Below, in pieces: positions 53,219-63,850 of a DNA stretch of 64,000 nucleotides; within the stretch, counting starts at the first letter, position 1, and each line of letters starts with the position of its first letter. Origin of the DNA: an uncultured Pseudomonadota bacterium. GTDB lineage: Bacteria; Myxococcota_A; Polyangia; Fen-1088. The position numbers and the translations under genes were made by a program. The notes under the pieces are model-generated. The model searched no databases and was not told where the DNA came from. It saw only the letters and a list, made by a program, of their open reading frames with translations. Where the stretch lies: assembly GCA_963847705.1 (NCBI GenBank), contig CAWKBC010000014.1, positions 32,001-96,000 on the forward strand, read 5' to 3'.

Positions 53219-53282
53219 CCAGGCGCAATCCTGCGGCTTTTCGAGGTCGGTGCGGCAGCGCGCCGACTTCGCGTTTTTTTTC

Positions 53283-53310
53283 TCAAGCGATTGGCTACAC
53301 CGTCCGATGG
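53283..53310 (+). promoter_or_regulatory. Putative sigma28 promoter of flgM
   Basis: TCAAG-N15-TCCGATGG, same geometry as the 50872 site; ATG at 53318. Confidence 0.6.
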
Positions 53311-53317
53311 TGTGGGT

Positions 53318-53518
53318 ATGAGCGACACCAACAGACACATCACCCACCGTCGGCCGGCCACCCGCGCCCCCGGCGCCTCGCTCCAGGCCGCCCCGGTGAC
53401 CTCGCCGTCGCGGGTCGAGGCCCTGCGCAAGCTGGTGGCCGCCGGTCAGTACCAGGTCAGCCCCCGCTGGCTGGCCACCAAGATCTTCGGCGCCGCCGGC
53501 GTCAAGCTGCCCGAGTAA
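53318..53518 (+). CDS. flgM: Anti-sigma28 factor FlgM-like
   Basis: 66 aa; RVEALRKLVAAGQYQVS...LATKI matches the FlgM C-terminal sigma-binding motif; adjacent to fliA. Confidence 0.8.
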   Translation: MSDTNRHITHRRPATRAPGASLQAAPVTSPSRVEALRKLVAAGQYQVSPRWLATKIFGAAGVKLPE

Positions 53519-53580
53519 CGCCTCCCTGGCCCCCCGGGTTCCGTGCCGGCTTCAGGCCCGGGCCCTGCCGGCCGCCGCCG

Positions 53581-53793
53581 TCACGGCGTGGCGTGATGAT
53601 CGCCGGCAGGAGAGAGCGCGGCGTTGGCGATGGCCAGCTCGTCGGCCGGAGCGACCGGCTTCTTGATGTAGTTGGTCGCGAAGCAGTAGGCGAGCGAGAT
53701 GAACGCGCCCGCGATCCAGAGCGCGCCGAAGGCCACGCCCCCAAACGGCAGCCCAAACAGCGGCGGCCCCTTCGATGTGACTGCGGTGCTCAT
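53581..53793 (-). CDS. Small single-pass membrane protein
   Basis: 70 aa with one hydrophobic helix (GGVAFGALWIAGAFISLAYCF); starts 7 nt after the upstream stop. Confidence 0.6.
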   Translation of the reverse strand: MSTAVTSKGPPLFGLPFGGVAFGALWIAGAFISLAYCFATNYIKKPVAPADELAIANAALSPAGDHHATP

Positions 53794-53800
53794 CGTCTTT

Positions 53801-54613
53801 TTAGCTACCACGAAGGCGGGCCCAGACCAAGTCGTGATCGGAGCCGGGCGTGACCACCTGCCCGCGGGTGACGGCGGGGAGATTGGTGCAGACGACGTCG
53901 TAGCGGAGCGGGATGTCGAGCCCGAGCTTGCCGAGCGCCACGCCGAGCCGATGCGGAATCATCGGCTCGTTCTGGCGCGCGAAGTGGTGGGTGGGGCGCG
54001 TCTCCGGATCGCTGGCGCCGAACGCCGCGAACGGCGCCAGGAGGTCGTCGAGCGCGTGCCGGCCGCGCCGCCAGGAGAACGCGTTGGTGTCGCCGCAGCC
54101 GACCAACCGCCGCTCGAGACCACGCTCGGCGAGCGCGTCCGCCAGGGCGGCGACTTGCGTGGCGCGCTGGCGATGGCCACCGGCCGTGTCGAGATGGAAT
54201 GAGACCGCCGTGAGCGGCGGACCTCCGTGGGCCGAGAGCTCGGCCCAGAGCGCGTGCTTCTGCTTGCTCTTCCCCCCCACGATGTAGCGTCGTTCGAACC
54301 AGGAGAGCGAGGCGAGACGCGGCAGCGGGATGATCCCGCTCCGGACGGTGGAGAGGGTCCGGGCGTCGACGACGAGCGCCAGCCCCTGGCAGCCGTCGTG
54401 GCGAACGACGCGATAACTGTCGCCCAGCGCCTGCGCCACCCGTACGCTGGGGCGCTCGTCGGGGCCGTCGCCGATGTAACGATCCTCCTGCAGGCAGAGA
54501 AGGTCGAGGCCTTCACTGTCGCGGAGCTCCCCGTACTGGGCCAGGAGGGCCTCGAGCTGGCGCCCGTGCATGAGGTTGTGTGTCGCGACGACGATGGAAG
54601 GTTCAGCGGGCAC
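53801..54613 (-). CDS. Endonuclease/exonuclease/phosphatase family protein
   Basis: ATHNL, LCLQE, FHLD, CGDTN, YD, SDH. Confidence 0.88.
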   Translation of the reverse strand: MPAEPSIVVATHNLMHGRQLEALLAQYGELRDSEGLDLLCLQEDRYIGDGPDERPSVRVAQALGDSYRVVRHDGCQGLALVVDARTLSTVRSGIIPLPRLASLSWFERRYIVGGKSKQKHALWAELSAHGGPPLTAVSFHLDTAGGHRQRATQVAALADALAERGLERRLVGCGDTNAFSWRRGRHALDDLLAPFAAFGASDPETRPTHHFARQNEPMIPHRLGVALGKLGLDIPLRYDVVCTNLPAVTRGQVVTPGSDHDLVWARLRGS

Positions 54614-54729
54614 CAGGCCGCCGAATCTCTCATGCCTTCAGCCCGCCGAGATCGGTGACCCGCGGGCGCGCGCCGGTTGGCCCGCGCCCCCCGAGCTGAG
54701 GTCACGCGGGGCGAGATGGGATCGCGCCA

Positions 54730-55968
54730 TCACCTTCCGGTAACCACGATGTCCGTGCGCCGGTTCTGGGCTCGACCGCTCTCTGTTTCGTTGGAGGCGA
54801 TGGGGTTTTCTTGCCCCAAGCCAGCCGTGGTCACGCGCGTGGGATCGATCCCCTTGCCGCCGAGTAATCCCTTTACTGTCTCCGAACGGTCACGCGACAG
54901 GTCGAGGTTGGCGGCTGCGGTCCCGATGCTGTCGGTGTAGCTCTCCACCCGGATGGTCGCGGTCGGATAGGCGCGCAGGATGGCGGCCATCTCGTCCACG
55001 GTGGCCAGGGATTCGGGCGTCAGCTGGGTCGAGGCAAACTCGAAGTTCATCGGCGAGAGGGTGAACCGTGCGGGCGTGGCGTCGTTGCCACCCAGGAAGC
55101 TCGCCAGACGGTAGGCCGCCGACCCGCGCGCCACCGTCAGCGATTGACCGTTGGGGAGCGCCAGCGGAATGGTCGCCCGGGAGACCGCCTCGGCCGGCAG
55201 ATTGTGCAGCACCTGGGTGTGGATCACCGGCCGCCGCATGGCACGCAGCAGGGGGATCGCGATCAGCATGAGCGCCCCCAGCAGGACGAGCGGCGCCAAC
55301 CAACCTTTGCGTTCCGGGCCCGCCACCCGGCGAATCGCCGGAGAGCCGACCTCACGCGCACGCTCGGCGACGGGTCGGTCGACGACCGGGGCTACCTTCC
55401 GGCTGTCGAGCCGGCCGTCGACCTTGGTGGCTGCGCCGGCGGCAAAGAGAGAGGCGACCGGTCCAGGCAGCCGCCGTACGAAGTCCCCGCGCTGCTGGCC
55501 CAGCATCGTGCGCAGCCCCTCAGGTTCGATCCGCTCCCAGCTGCGCCCGATCGTTAACAGGGTCGCCCCGGTCGCGCCGCCGAGCAGCTGGTGCGCCGAA
55601 TCGGCCTTGATGCCGCTGGCGCGCGCCACCGCGTCGGCGATCTGCGAACCGCGCGCGCCCGTCTCGCCATCGAACAGCGTCGTCCCCTGCGCGCGCCCCG
55701 CGGTCGAGCCGAGGATCGAGGCGACGCTGTCGGCCCCGGGTCGGTTGGCGTCGATCCCGCGGATCATGCGGGTGAGGTGGCTGGCCCCGGTGTCCGAGGA
55801 GGCCACGTCCGACAGCGCCGTCAGCACCGAGGGGATGGTGGTCGACAGCGCCGACTGCAAGTGGTCGTCATCCTCTCCGAGCTGCAGAGCCGCGCGATGG
55901 ATGACCTCCGGGGTGATTTCACGATTCACCAGCCCGAGGATGTCGGGCGTCGACGTTGATCCATTCAT
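54730..55968 (-). CDS. DUF937-like N-terminal domain + TM + OmpA C-terminal domain protein
   Basis: Helical N-terminal region, one TM, NFEFAS, YTDSIG, NLDLSRDR, NPIASN, QNRRTDI. Confidence 0.85.
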   Translation of the reverse strand: MNGSTSTPDILGLVNREITPEVIHRAALQLGEDDDHLQSALSTTIPSVLTALSDVASSDTGASHLTRMIRGIDANRPGADSVASILGSTAGRAQGTTLFDGETGARGSQIADAVARASGIKADSAHQLLGGATGATLLTIGRSWERIEPEGLRTMLGQQRGDFVRRLPGPVASLFAAGAATKVDGRLDSRKVAPVVDRPVAERAREVGSPAIRRVAGPERKGWLAPLVLLGALMLIAIPLLRAMRRPVIHTQVLHNLPAEAVSRATIPLALPNGQSLTVARGSAAYRLASFLGGNDATPARFTLSPMNFEFASTQLTPESLATVDEMAAILRAYPTATIRVESYTDSIGTAAANLDLSRDRSETVKGLLGGKGIDPTRVTTAGLGQENPIASNETESGRAQNRRTDIVVTGR

Positions 55969-56085
55969 GAGGGACCTCGCTTTCTGAGCTTTGGTCCGTG
56001 CATCCATCGGGCCGCGCGAGCGCGACCGGGAGCGGGAGCCGCGGTCTACGGGTTGCACCCTATACGGGTGAAAAGGAGGTGCCCG

Positions 56086-56859
56086 ATGAGATGGACTCGA
56101 AACGAGGTACGGGCGGGAATGGCCGTCACCAGCACCAAGGGGGAGCGGCTCGGCAACGTGGTACGTGTCGGCTCAGACACTTTCGTGGTCGAGAAGGGGG
56201 TGTTCTTCCCCAAGGACTACGAGCTCCGCTACGATCACATCACCTCGCTCGAGGGTGAACAGATCGGGTACTCGCTCTCCGACACCGACTCTCGGTTCGG
56301 CAGCCTGGCGGAGACGGCTCGAGCGGGGACGGCGGCCACGGCCGCGGCGGCGGCGGCGCGCGCGGTGCCGCCGGCGCCTCCGGCTCGGGCAGCCGCCTCG
56401 ACGTCGATCGGCACGAGCAGCAAGGAGGACCTCCGGATCCCGCTCATGGAAGAGGAGATCGGAATCGAGAAGGTCTCTCGCGAGACCGGGCACGTCCGGA
56501 TCCACAAGACCGTCAAGACGGAGGAGAAGCGGTTCAGCGTTCCTGTCACCCGTGAGGACGTGGTGATCGAGCGGGTGAGCGCTTCAGAGGAGGACACCCG
56601 GCTCTCGCCGGAGCTGGCGTTCCAGGAGCAGACGCTGGATATGCCGCTGCACGAGGAGGACGTGCAGGTCACCAAACGAACGCGCGTGCGCGAGAAGATC
56701 GTGGTCCACCCCGTCATCCAGGCGTCGGAGAAAGAGGCATCCGCCAGCCTCCGGCACGAAGAGGTGGAGATCGACGACACCCGCGGTCGCACGCTGCGCA
56801 ACAGCGACGACGACGTGACTCGTCCGGGGTTCGGCGCTCCGGGCAGCAACAGCCGCTGA
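56086..56859 (+). CDS. YsnF/AvaK (DUF2382) domain protein
   Basis: AAGGAGG SD; VVEKGVFFPKDY N-domain; IPLMEEEI, GHVRIHK, VPVTREDV, LRHEEVEI. Confidence 0.88.
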   Translation: MRWTRNEVRAGMAVTSTKGERLGNVVRVGSDTFVVEKGVFFPKDYELRYDHITSLEGEQIGYSLSDTDSRFGSLAETARAGTAATAAAAAARAVPPAPPARAAASTSIGTSSKEDLRIPLMEEEIGIEKVSRETGHVRIHKTVKTEEKRFSVPVTREDVVIERVSASEEDTRLSPELAFQEQTLDMPLHEEDVQVTKRTRVREKIVVHPVIQASEKEASASLRHEEVEIDDTRGRTLRNSDDDVTRPGFGAPGSNSR

Positions 56860-57060
56860 AGGCATCGGGCACATAGAGACGGCGACGCCCGTCCCCGGCC
56901 TCTCGGCGCCGGGCGACGGGCGTTCGCGATCTGGCGCCAGAGCGGCTCCAATCACTGGGGAACCGGCGGCAACGGCGCGGGGCCACGACATCGATGTCGC
57001 GTTCCACCGACCATGGGGCGCCTCGTCGCTGGAAGTCCGCGCAATTCCGCGCCTGCGAAA

Positions 57061-57075
57061 TGGCACGCCCGTTGC
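57061..57075 (+). promoter_or_regulatory. Sigma54 promoter (near-consensus)
   Basis: TGGCACG-CCCG-TTGC; ATG at 57092. Confidence 0.72.
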
Positions 57076-57091
57076 GTCGTTGCTGGCTCGC

Positions 57092-58825
57092 ATGAAACGG
57101 ACTCTCGGCGCTGTTCTGTTGTGGACCCTGGCGGGTTGTGCCGGCGTGGGCGGCAGCAGCGGAAGCTCCTCGTCGCCACCGACCAACGGCACCGGGACCG
57201 GCAACGGATCGGGAACGTCGAACGGCAGCGGCGGATCGACGGCAGCGACCGACGCGGGCGGTCCGTCGCTGCCACCCGAGATGGAGGTCGAGAGCTCGTA
57301 CGAGGTCCCCGTCGCGACCGGCAGCTACATCTGGGTGGCGAACCCGGACAGCGGCCGCGTCGCCTACGTCGCGGGCGCCACGCTGCAGGTCCACACCGTC
57401 GAGGCCGGCAACGCGCCGACGTACATCAGCGCCATCCCCAGCGCCACCGACGACGCCGTGGTGGTGCTGAACGTCCTCTCCGACGACGCGACGATCCTGC
57501 GGGTCGCGTCGGGCGGTCAGCTCACCAAGAGCACGGTGAGCGGCCTGGCCGCCGGCGCGAACGCGCTGACGGTGTCGCCGAGCGGCCGCTGGGTCACCGC
57601 CTGGACCGACGCGCGGAACATCGCCAGCCCCAACCCGCTGCAGGGCTACCAGGCGATCACGCTGATCGATCTGTCGGCGAACCCGCCGGCCAGGACGATC
57701 CTCTCCGTCGGATTCCGTCCGGTCGACGTCGCCTATGCCGCTGACGACGCGGCCGCCTTCGCGGTGACGGAAGATGGCGTCTCGGTCGTCGACCTCACGC
57801 AAGCGGGGGCCCCGCAGGTCACCGGCAGCGTCCCGCTCACCGACGATCCGACCGAGGACGCCGACACCCGCGACGTCTCGATCACGCCGAACGGGCGCCT
57901 GGCGGTGGTGAGGCGCGAGGGGAGCGCCTCGCTGGGGATCGTCGACCTCACCACCGGCACCTTGGGGTCGATCGCGCTGTCGGGCGCGATCACCGACGTC
58001 GACGTCACCGCCGACGGAGCGAGCGCGGTGGCGGTCGTCCGCGACACCGCCGAGGTGGCGGTCATCCCCCTCGCCGGCGGGATCCCCGATCCCGCCACCG
58101 TCCAGCACGTGACGATCGCGGGAGAGACGGTCGGCTCGGCATCGATCGCCGCGGACGGCAAGACCGTCCTCCTCTACACCAACGCGGTCGCCGCCGAGCG
58201 GTTGACCGTGCTGACGCTGGGGGCAACGCCCACCTACCGGGTGGTGAAGCTCCACGCGCCGGTGCTGGCGGTCTTCGCGACCGCCGACGCCTCGAACGCG
58301 ATCGTCTTTCACAGCGAATCGGCGGCACCACCGACGACCGCGACGACGACGACCGACGGCGGCCACGGGCCATCCGCCGACGGGGGCCCAACGTCCACAG
58401 CGGATGCCGGCCTGCCATCGCAGACCGCCACCAATGCCTTCAGCCTGGTGCCTCTGGCCGCCGACCTCCCGGCCTTGATCGAGGAGACCGACGTCCCGCC
58501 CCAGGCGGTGGCGATCACCCCGGCGGGCGATCGCGTGCTCGTCACCGAGCGCGACGACACCAAGAATATCTACGGCGTCTACGTGGGGCAGTTCCCCTCG
58601 CTGGAGGTCCAGAAGATCACCCTGGCCAGCCCGCCCATCGCCGTCGGCGTGCTGGCCGCGGCCGACGAGGGCTACGTCGCCCAGAAGAACGCCGAGGGAC
58701 GCATCACCTTCGTCGCCCTCGACGGTGGACAGGCCCGGACGCTGACCGGATTCGAGATCGGCGCCAGCGTCGTCGACTGGGCCCAGGACAGCAACAGCGC
58801 CGCCGACGGAGGAGTCGACCGATGA
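57092..58825 (+). CDS. Beta-propeller lipoprotein (YncE-like)
   Basis: LAGC lipobox, Gly/Ser linker, blade-like repeats (WVANPDSGRV, VSPSGRW, ITPNGRL, VTADGAS, ITPAGDR). Confidence 0.75.
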   Translation: MKRTLGAVLLWTLAGCAGVGGSSGSSSSPPTNGTGTGNGSGTSNGSGGSTAATDAGGPSLPPEMEVESSYEVPVATGSYIWVANPDSGRVAYVAGATLQVHTVEAGNAPTYISAIPSATDDAVVVLNVLSDDATILRVASGGQLTKSTVSGLAAGANALTVSPSGRWVTAWTDARNIASPNPLQGYQAITLIDLSANPPARTILSVGFRPVDVAYAADDAAAFAVTEDGVSVVDLTQAGAPQVTGSVPLTDDPTEDADTRDVSITPNGRLAVVRREGSASLGIVDLTTGTLGSIALSGAITDVDVTADGASAVAVVRDTAEVAVIPLAGGIPDPATVQHVTIAGETVGSASIAADGKTVLLYTNAVAAERLTVLTLGATPTYRVVKLHAPVLAVFATADASNAIVFHSESAAPPTTATTTTDGGHGPSADGGPTSTADAGLPSQTATNAFSLVPLAADLPALIEETDVPPQAVAITPAGDRVLVTERDDTKNIYGVYVGQFPSLEVQKITLASPPIAVGVLAAADEGYVAQKNAEGRITFVALDGGQARTLTGFEIGASVVDWAQDSNSAADGGVDR

Positions 58826-60474
58826 CCCAGACGGCTCGAACGTTCGCGCGGCGGCTCGTCTGGGCGGCGGTGATGGTCGCCGGCTGCGGCGGTCGGACCT
58901 CGTACTGGTCGAGCCCGATCGCCACCTCGCCGCCGACCTTCAACCTGGGGGACGAGATCGCGCTCGTCGACACCGGCGCCAACCGGGTCGTGCTGCTGCA
59001 GGCCGGCGCCAACCAGAGCCTGATCGCCTCCTCCATTCCGGTCGGCGTGGACATCCTCAACGCGGCCACCTCGCCCGATGGGACGAAGCTGTTCGTCGTG
59101 TCGGGCGGCCACCGCGCCCAGCTGGGCGACGACCAGCCGAGCGAGTGGCCCTCGATCACCGTCGTCACCTCGGGGGCAGCGCCGGCGCGTTACGACCTCA
59201 CGAACATCACCGATCCGCTGGCCGGCCTGGCGATCGATCCGGCCGGGCACTGGGTGGTGCTCTACCCGAGCACCGGAACCAACCAGCCCTTCGTGGAGAA
59301 CCCCAACGAGCTGGTCATCCTCGACGTCTCTCAGCCGCCGCCCGTGACCGCCATCCCTCACACGCTCATGAGCTTCGGTGGTCATCCCCAACGTTTCACC
59401 TTCACCCCGCCGCTGGCGCTGCCGATCGGGTCGCACCCCCTGCTCATCGTCGAGTCCGACCAAGATCTCTCGCTGCTGAATCTCGACGACCCCAGCAAGC
59501 CGGAGATCACCGTGCCGCTCACCAACGGGTCCGACACCCAGCTGCTGGCGCCCGCCGGCGTCGCGGTCTATCCGGGCGACGCCACGACCGGCGCCTGCCT
59601 CGGCGTCCGCCTCGCCAACGACGATGACGTCGTGGCGCTGCAGTTCGTCCCCAGCGTCGATGCCAGCGGAAATTCGATCGGCAACGGCTTTCTGCCCACG
59701 GTCAACCTCAACAACGTCGGCGGGATCGCCAGCGACCTGGCCTTCGTCCACACCGACAGCGGCCTGCGCCTCGGCGCCCTCATCCCCGGCCAGAGCAAGG
59801 CGACGCTGATCGATCCGGTCACCAGCCTGACCCAGGATGTGGCGCTCCCGGCTCCCTATCAGAACCTGTCGGTGGTGACCGACGCGCTGGGGAGCGCCAG
59901 CGGCTGCGACGGCGGCACGACGAGCGCCGGAGCCCCCACCGACGTCGCGCTGCTCTGGAACGGAACGACCGTGCAGGGGCAAGCGGGGGTGGCGTTCTGG
60001 GAGCTCGGGCAGGCCGGCTGTCAGCCCTACCGCAGCATCGACACCGTCGGCGTCACCGACGTCGTCGCCCAGGTCCTCGACGTCCCGACGCCCAACGCGA
60101 CGCTCAAGGTCTTGCAGACCAGAGACGCCGACACGTTCTACATCCTGAACCTGGCCAACCGGACCGCCGCACCGCTCGAGACCTCCAGCTCCAACGTCGC
60201 GCTGGCCGTCTCACCGCTCGGCGATCAGGTCTGGAGCTACGTCCCCGAGGGGCTGACCGTCTCGGCCACCGACTTCGCGCACGAGCTCCCCCGGTCACTG
60301 CTGATCGAACGGCCGGTCTCCGGGGTGTACGAGATCGCGCGCACCGGCCTGGCGCCCGCGGTCGTCGTGCTGCACGACGAAGGGGGCATCGGCGCGACCG
60401 TGTACGACGCGACGACGCTCGAGGACTCGACCCGGCGCCTCTACGCCGGCCTCTTGCTGGGAGGCGCGCCATGA
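58822..60474 (+). CDS. Beta-propeller-like lipoprotein
   Basis: ATGA coupling, VAGC lipobox, TSPDGTKLFV, IDPAGHWVV, VSPLGDQVW repeats. Confidence 0.7.
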   Translation: MTQTARTFARRLVWAAVMVAGCGGRTSYWSSPIATSPPTFNLGDEIALVDTGANRVVLLQAGANQSLIASSIPVGVDILNAATSPDGTKLFVVSGGHRAQLGDDQPSEWPSITVVTSGAAPARYDLTNITDPLAGLAIDPAGHWVVLYPSTGTNQPFVENPNELVILDVSQPPPVTAIPHTLMSFGGHPQRFTFTPPLALPIGSHPLLIVESDQDLSLLNLDDPSKPEITVPLTNGSDTQLLAPAGVAVYPGDATTGACLGVRLANDDDVVALQFVPSVDASGNSIGNGFLPTVNLNNVGGIASDLAFVHTDSGLRLGALIPGQSKATLIDPVTSLTQDVALPAPYQNLSVVTDALGSASGCDGGTTSAGAPTDVALLWNGTTVQGQAGVAFWELGQAGCQPYRSIDTVGVTDVVAQVLDVPTPNATLKVLQTRDADTFYILNLANRTAAPLETSSSNVALAVSPLGDQVWSYVPEGLTVSATDFAHELPRSLLIERPVSGVYEIARTGLAPAVVVLHDEGGIGATVYDATTLEDSTRRLYAGLLLGGAP

Positions 60475-61178
60475 CCCTCGGAGCTCGCAGGATGCTGCTG
60501 CTGGCGGTCGGCCTCTCGCTGGCCGCCTCGAACGCGCGCGCCCAGACGATCGAGCAGGGCGCGCTGCCGGCGTTGCGCCCCCCGACCTGGGAGGTCAGCG
60601 CCGGCGTCCGCACCACGTACGTCAAGAGCGCGGGCTTCGATCCCTTCTCGACCGACGATGCGTTCGTGCAGTTCTCGCTCTCCGGGTTGGGGGTCGTCGC
60701 CCGCCGCGGCCGCCTCTCCTTCGCCCTCGGGGCCGGCCTCGACGTCGGCAGCTCCAGCGCCACCGCGCGAAACGCGCCGTCGAGCCTGTCGCTCACCCAC
60801 CCCTCGGCGCTGGCCGAAGGACGCTACCAGCCCTGGTCGCGCCTCTATCTCTTTGCGCGCCTCGCGCCCGGGCTGATGCACGGCACGGCGACGATCAACG
60901 ACGCCTCGTCCCCCTCCAGCCCCGGCCTGACGACCGACTTCGACGCCTTCTCTCTCGACGCCGGCGGCGGCGGCGCGTTCTGCCTGGGGGCCGTCGGCGT
61001 CGCCCGCATCGGCGTCTGGCTGCTCGCCGACGGCGGCTACGGCTGGGTCGCCGCCCAGGATCTGGTCCTCGCCCCGACGCTCGGCGCCGCCGACCAGAGC
61101 AAAGGCGGCACGCTCGACCTCGGCACCCTCGCCCCCCGCGGCGGCTTCTTCCGCATCTCCATGGCCCTCAGTTACTGA
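60471..61178 (+). CDS. Outer-membrane beta-barrel protein
   Basis: ATGA coupling, signal peptide (ARA-Q), amphipathic strands, C-terminal RISMALSY with terminal aromatic. Confidence 0.7.
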   Translation: MTLGARRMLLLAVGLSLAASNARAQTIEQGALPALRPPTWEVSAGVRTTYVKSAGFDPFSTDDAFVQFSLSGLGVVARRGRLSFALGAGLDVGSSSATARNAPSSLSLTHPSALAEGRYQPWSRLYLFARLAPGLMHGTATINDASSPSSPGLTTDFDAFSLDAGGGGAFCLGAVGVARIGVWLLADGGYGWVAAQDLVLAPTLGAADQSKGGTLDLGTLAPRGGFFRISMALSY

Positions 61179-61244
61179 CCGCGCGCCCGGGACGTTTCCC
61201 CCCGCGCGAGCTGCCCGCACCACAGGCAGCGGAGCCGAGGCCCG

Positions 61245-62618
61245 TCAGTCGTTCCGACCCAGCGCCTTCAGGAGCTGGGCGCGCGCCGTATAGAGCTGGT
61301 ACTGCGCGGAGACCTTCTGCGCCGCGGTGGTGGTGAGAGCCACCTGCGCGTCGCCCAGCTCGATGATGCTGCCGACACCCGTCGCATAGCGCCCCTCGGC
61401 GAGTCGGAGCCGATCGCGCGTGTTGGCCAGCGCGTCCTCCGCCGCGGCGATCGCCCCTTTCGCCGACCGGATGCCGAGCCGGGCCTGCTCGACGTCCAGG
61501 CGCACCTGCTGCCGCTCGGTCTCGAGCTGCGCGCGCGCCTGCACCACCTGCCCCTGGGCTTGATGGATCTGCGCATCGATGGCCCCGCCTTGCAGCAACG
61601 GCACGCTCAAGGTCACCACGCCGCTGAAATTCCAGTTCGTGCGATCGAGGTAAGGGCCGCTGTCATTGGCGCTGCCGGCCAGGCCCAGATTGGGCCAGTA
61701 CATGTCATGCGCCGAGCGGAGCCCCAGCTCCTCACTCTGGAGGTTGAGTCGCAGGTTCGCCATCTCCGGGCGGCTCTGCTTGGCGGAGTCGATCAGCGCC
61801 TCCACCTGCGCGTCTTCGCCCTCCACGGGCGGCTGCTCCTCGTCCGACAGATCGTAGTCGACGGAGCGCTCCACCCCCATCGCCATGTTGAGCATCGCCT
61901 TGGCCACGGCGTAGTTGTTCTCCGCGTTGATGAGCTGCAGCTGCGCCGTCGCGCGGTCGGCCTTGGCCTGGGTCAGGTCGATCTCGGGATGCGTCCCGAC
62001 CTCCACGAACCCGGTCACCTGGGCCAGGTGTTTTTCCTGATTGGCCAGCGTGTCGCGCGCGACGCCGACCAGATCCTTGGCGGCGCGGGCGGTGAAAAAC
62101 GCGGAGCGTGCGTTGTAGGCCACCTGCGCCTCGGTGGTGTGCGTGCTCTCGTCGGCGGCGTCGGCGGCCACCCGCGCCGCCTTCCAGCGGTTGATCGTCT
62201 CGCCAAAGTCGTAAACGAGCTGGCTGGCGTTGAGTCCCGCGAACCACTGCGGAACGGTGGTCAGCGAGGAGGTCAGCGCCGGTGTGGTCCCGAGCGTCAT
62301 CCCGCCCGGCTGCGGAACGAAGTTGGTGGTGCCGCGCTTGTAGGACACCGTCCCGCTCACCTGCGGCAGCAGCGCACCGCGTGCCTGATCGGCGAGGCCG
62401 TGCGCGTTGATGGCGTTGCCGCGCGCCAGGTCGAGCGCCGGCTGATGCGCCCGCGCGGCGCGCAGCGCCTCGGCCAGCGTGACCACCGAAGCCCTGGCCA
62501 CGGTGTCCGGAGCAGATGCTGTCGCGTCCGAAGGATCGGCGGCGCGCGCAGCTCCAGCCAGGAGGAGGCCGCCGAGGGCAAGGAGGACCAGCGCGAGGAG
62601 AGCGGCGAATCGTTTCAT
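61245..62618 (-). CDS. TolC-family outer membrane efflux protein
   Basis: TLAEALRAA, QLVYDFG, AEGRYATGVGSIIEL, LLKALG; follows the ABC permease. Confidence 0.9.
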   Translation of the reverse strand: MKRFAALLALVLLALGGLLLAGAARAADPSDATASAPDTVARASVVTLAEALRAARAHQPALDLARGNAINAHGLADQARGALLPQVSGTVSYKRGTTNFVPQPGGMTLGTTPALTSSLTTVPQWFAGLNASQLVYDFGETINRWKAARVAADAADESTHTTEAQVAYNARSAFFTARAAKDLVGVARDTLANQEKHLAQVTGFVEVGTHPEIDLTQAKADRATAQLQLINAENNYAVAKAMLNMAMGVERSVDYDLSDEEQPPVEGEDAQVEALIDSAKQSRPEMANLRLNLQSEELGLRSAHDMYWPNLGLAGSANDSGPYLDRTNWNFSGVVTLSVPLLQGGAIDAQIHQAQGQVVQARAQLETERQQVRLDVEQARLGIRSAKGAIAAAEDALANTRDRLRLAEGRYATGVGSIIELGDAQVALTTTAAQKVSAQYQLYTARAQLLKALGRND

Positions 62619-62623
62619 GGTCG

Positions 62624-63846
<1,223 letters not shown>

Positions 63847-63850
<4 letters not shown>

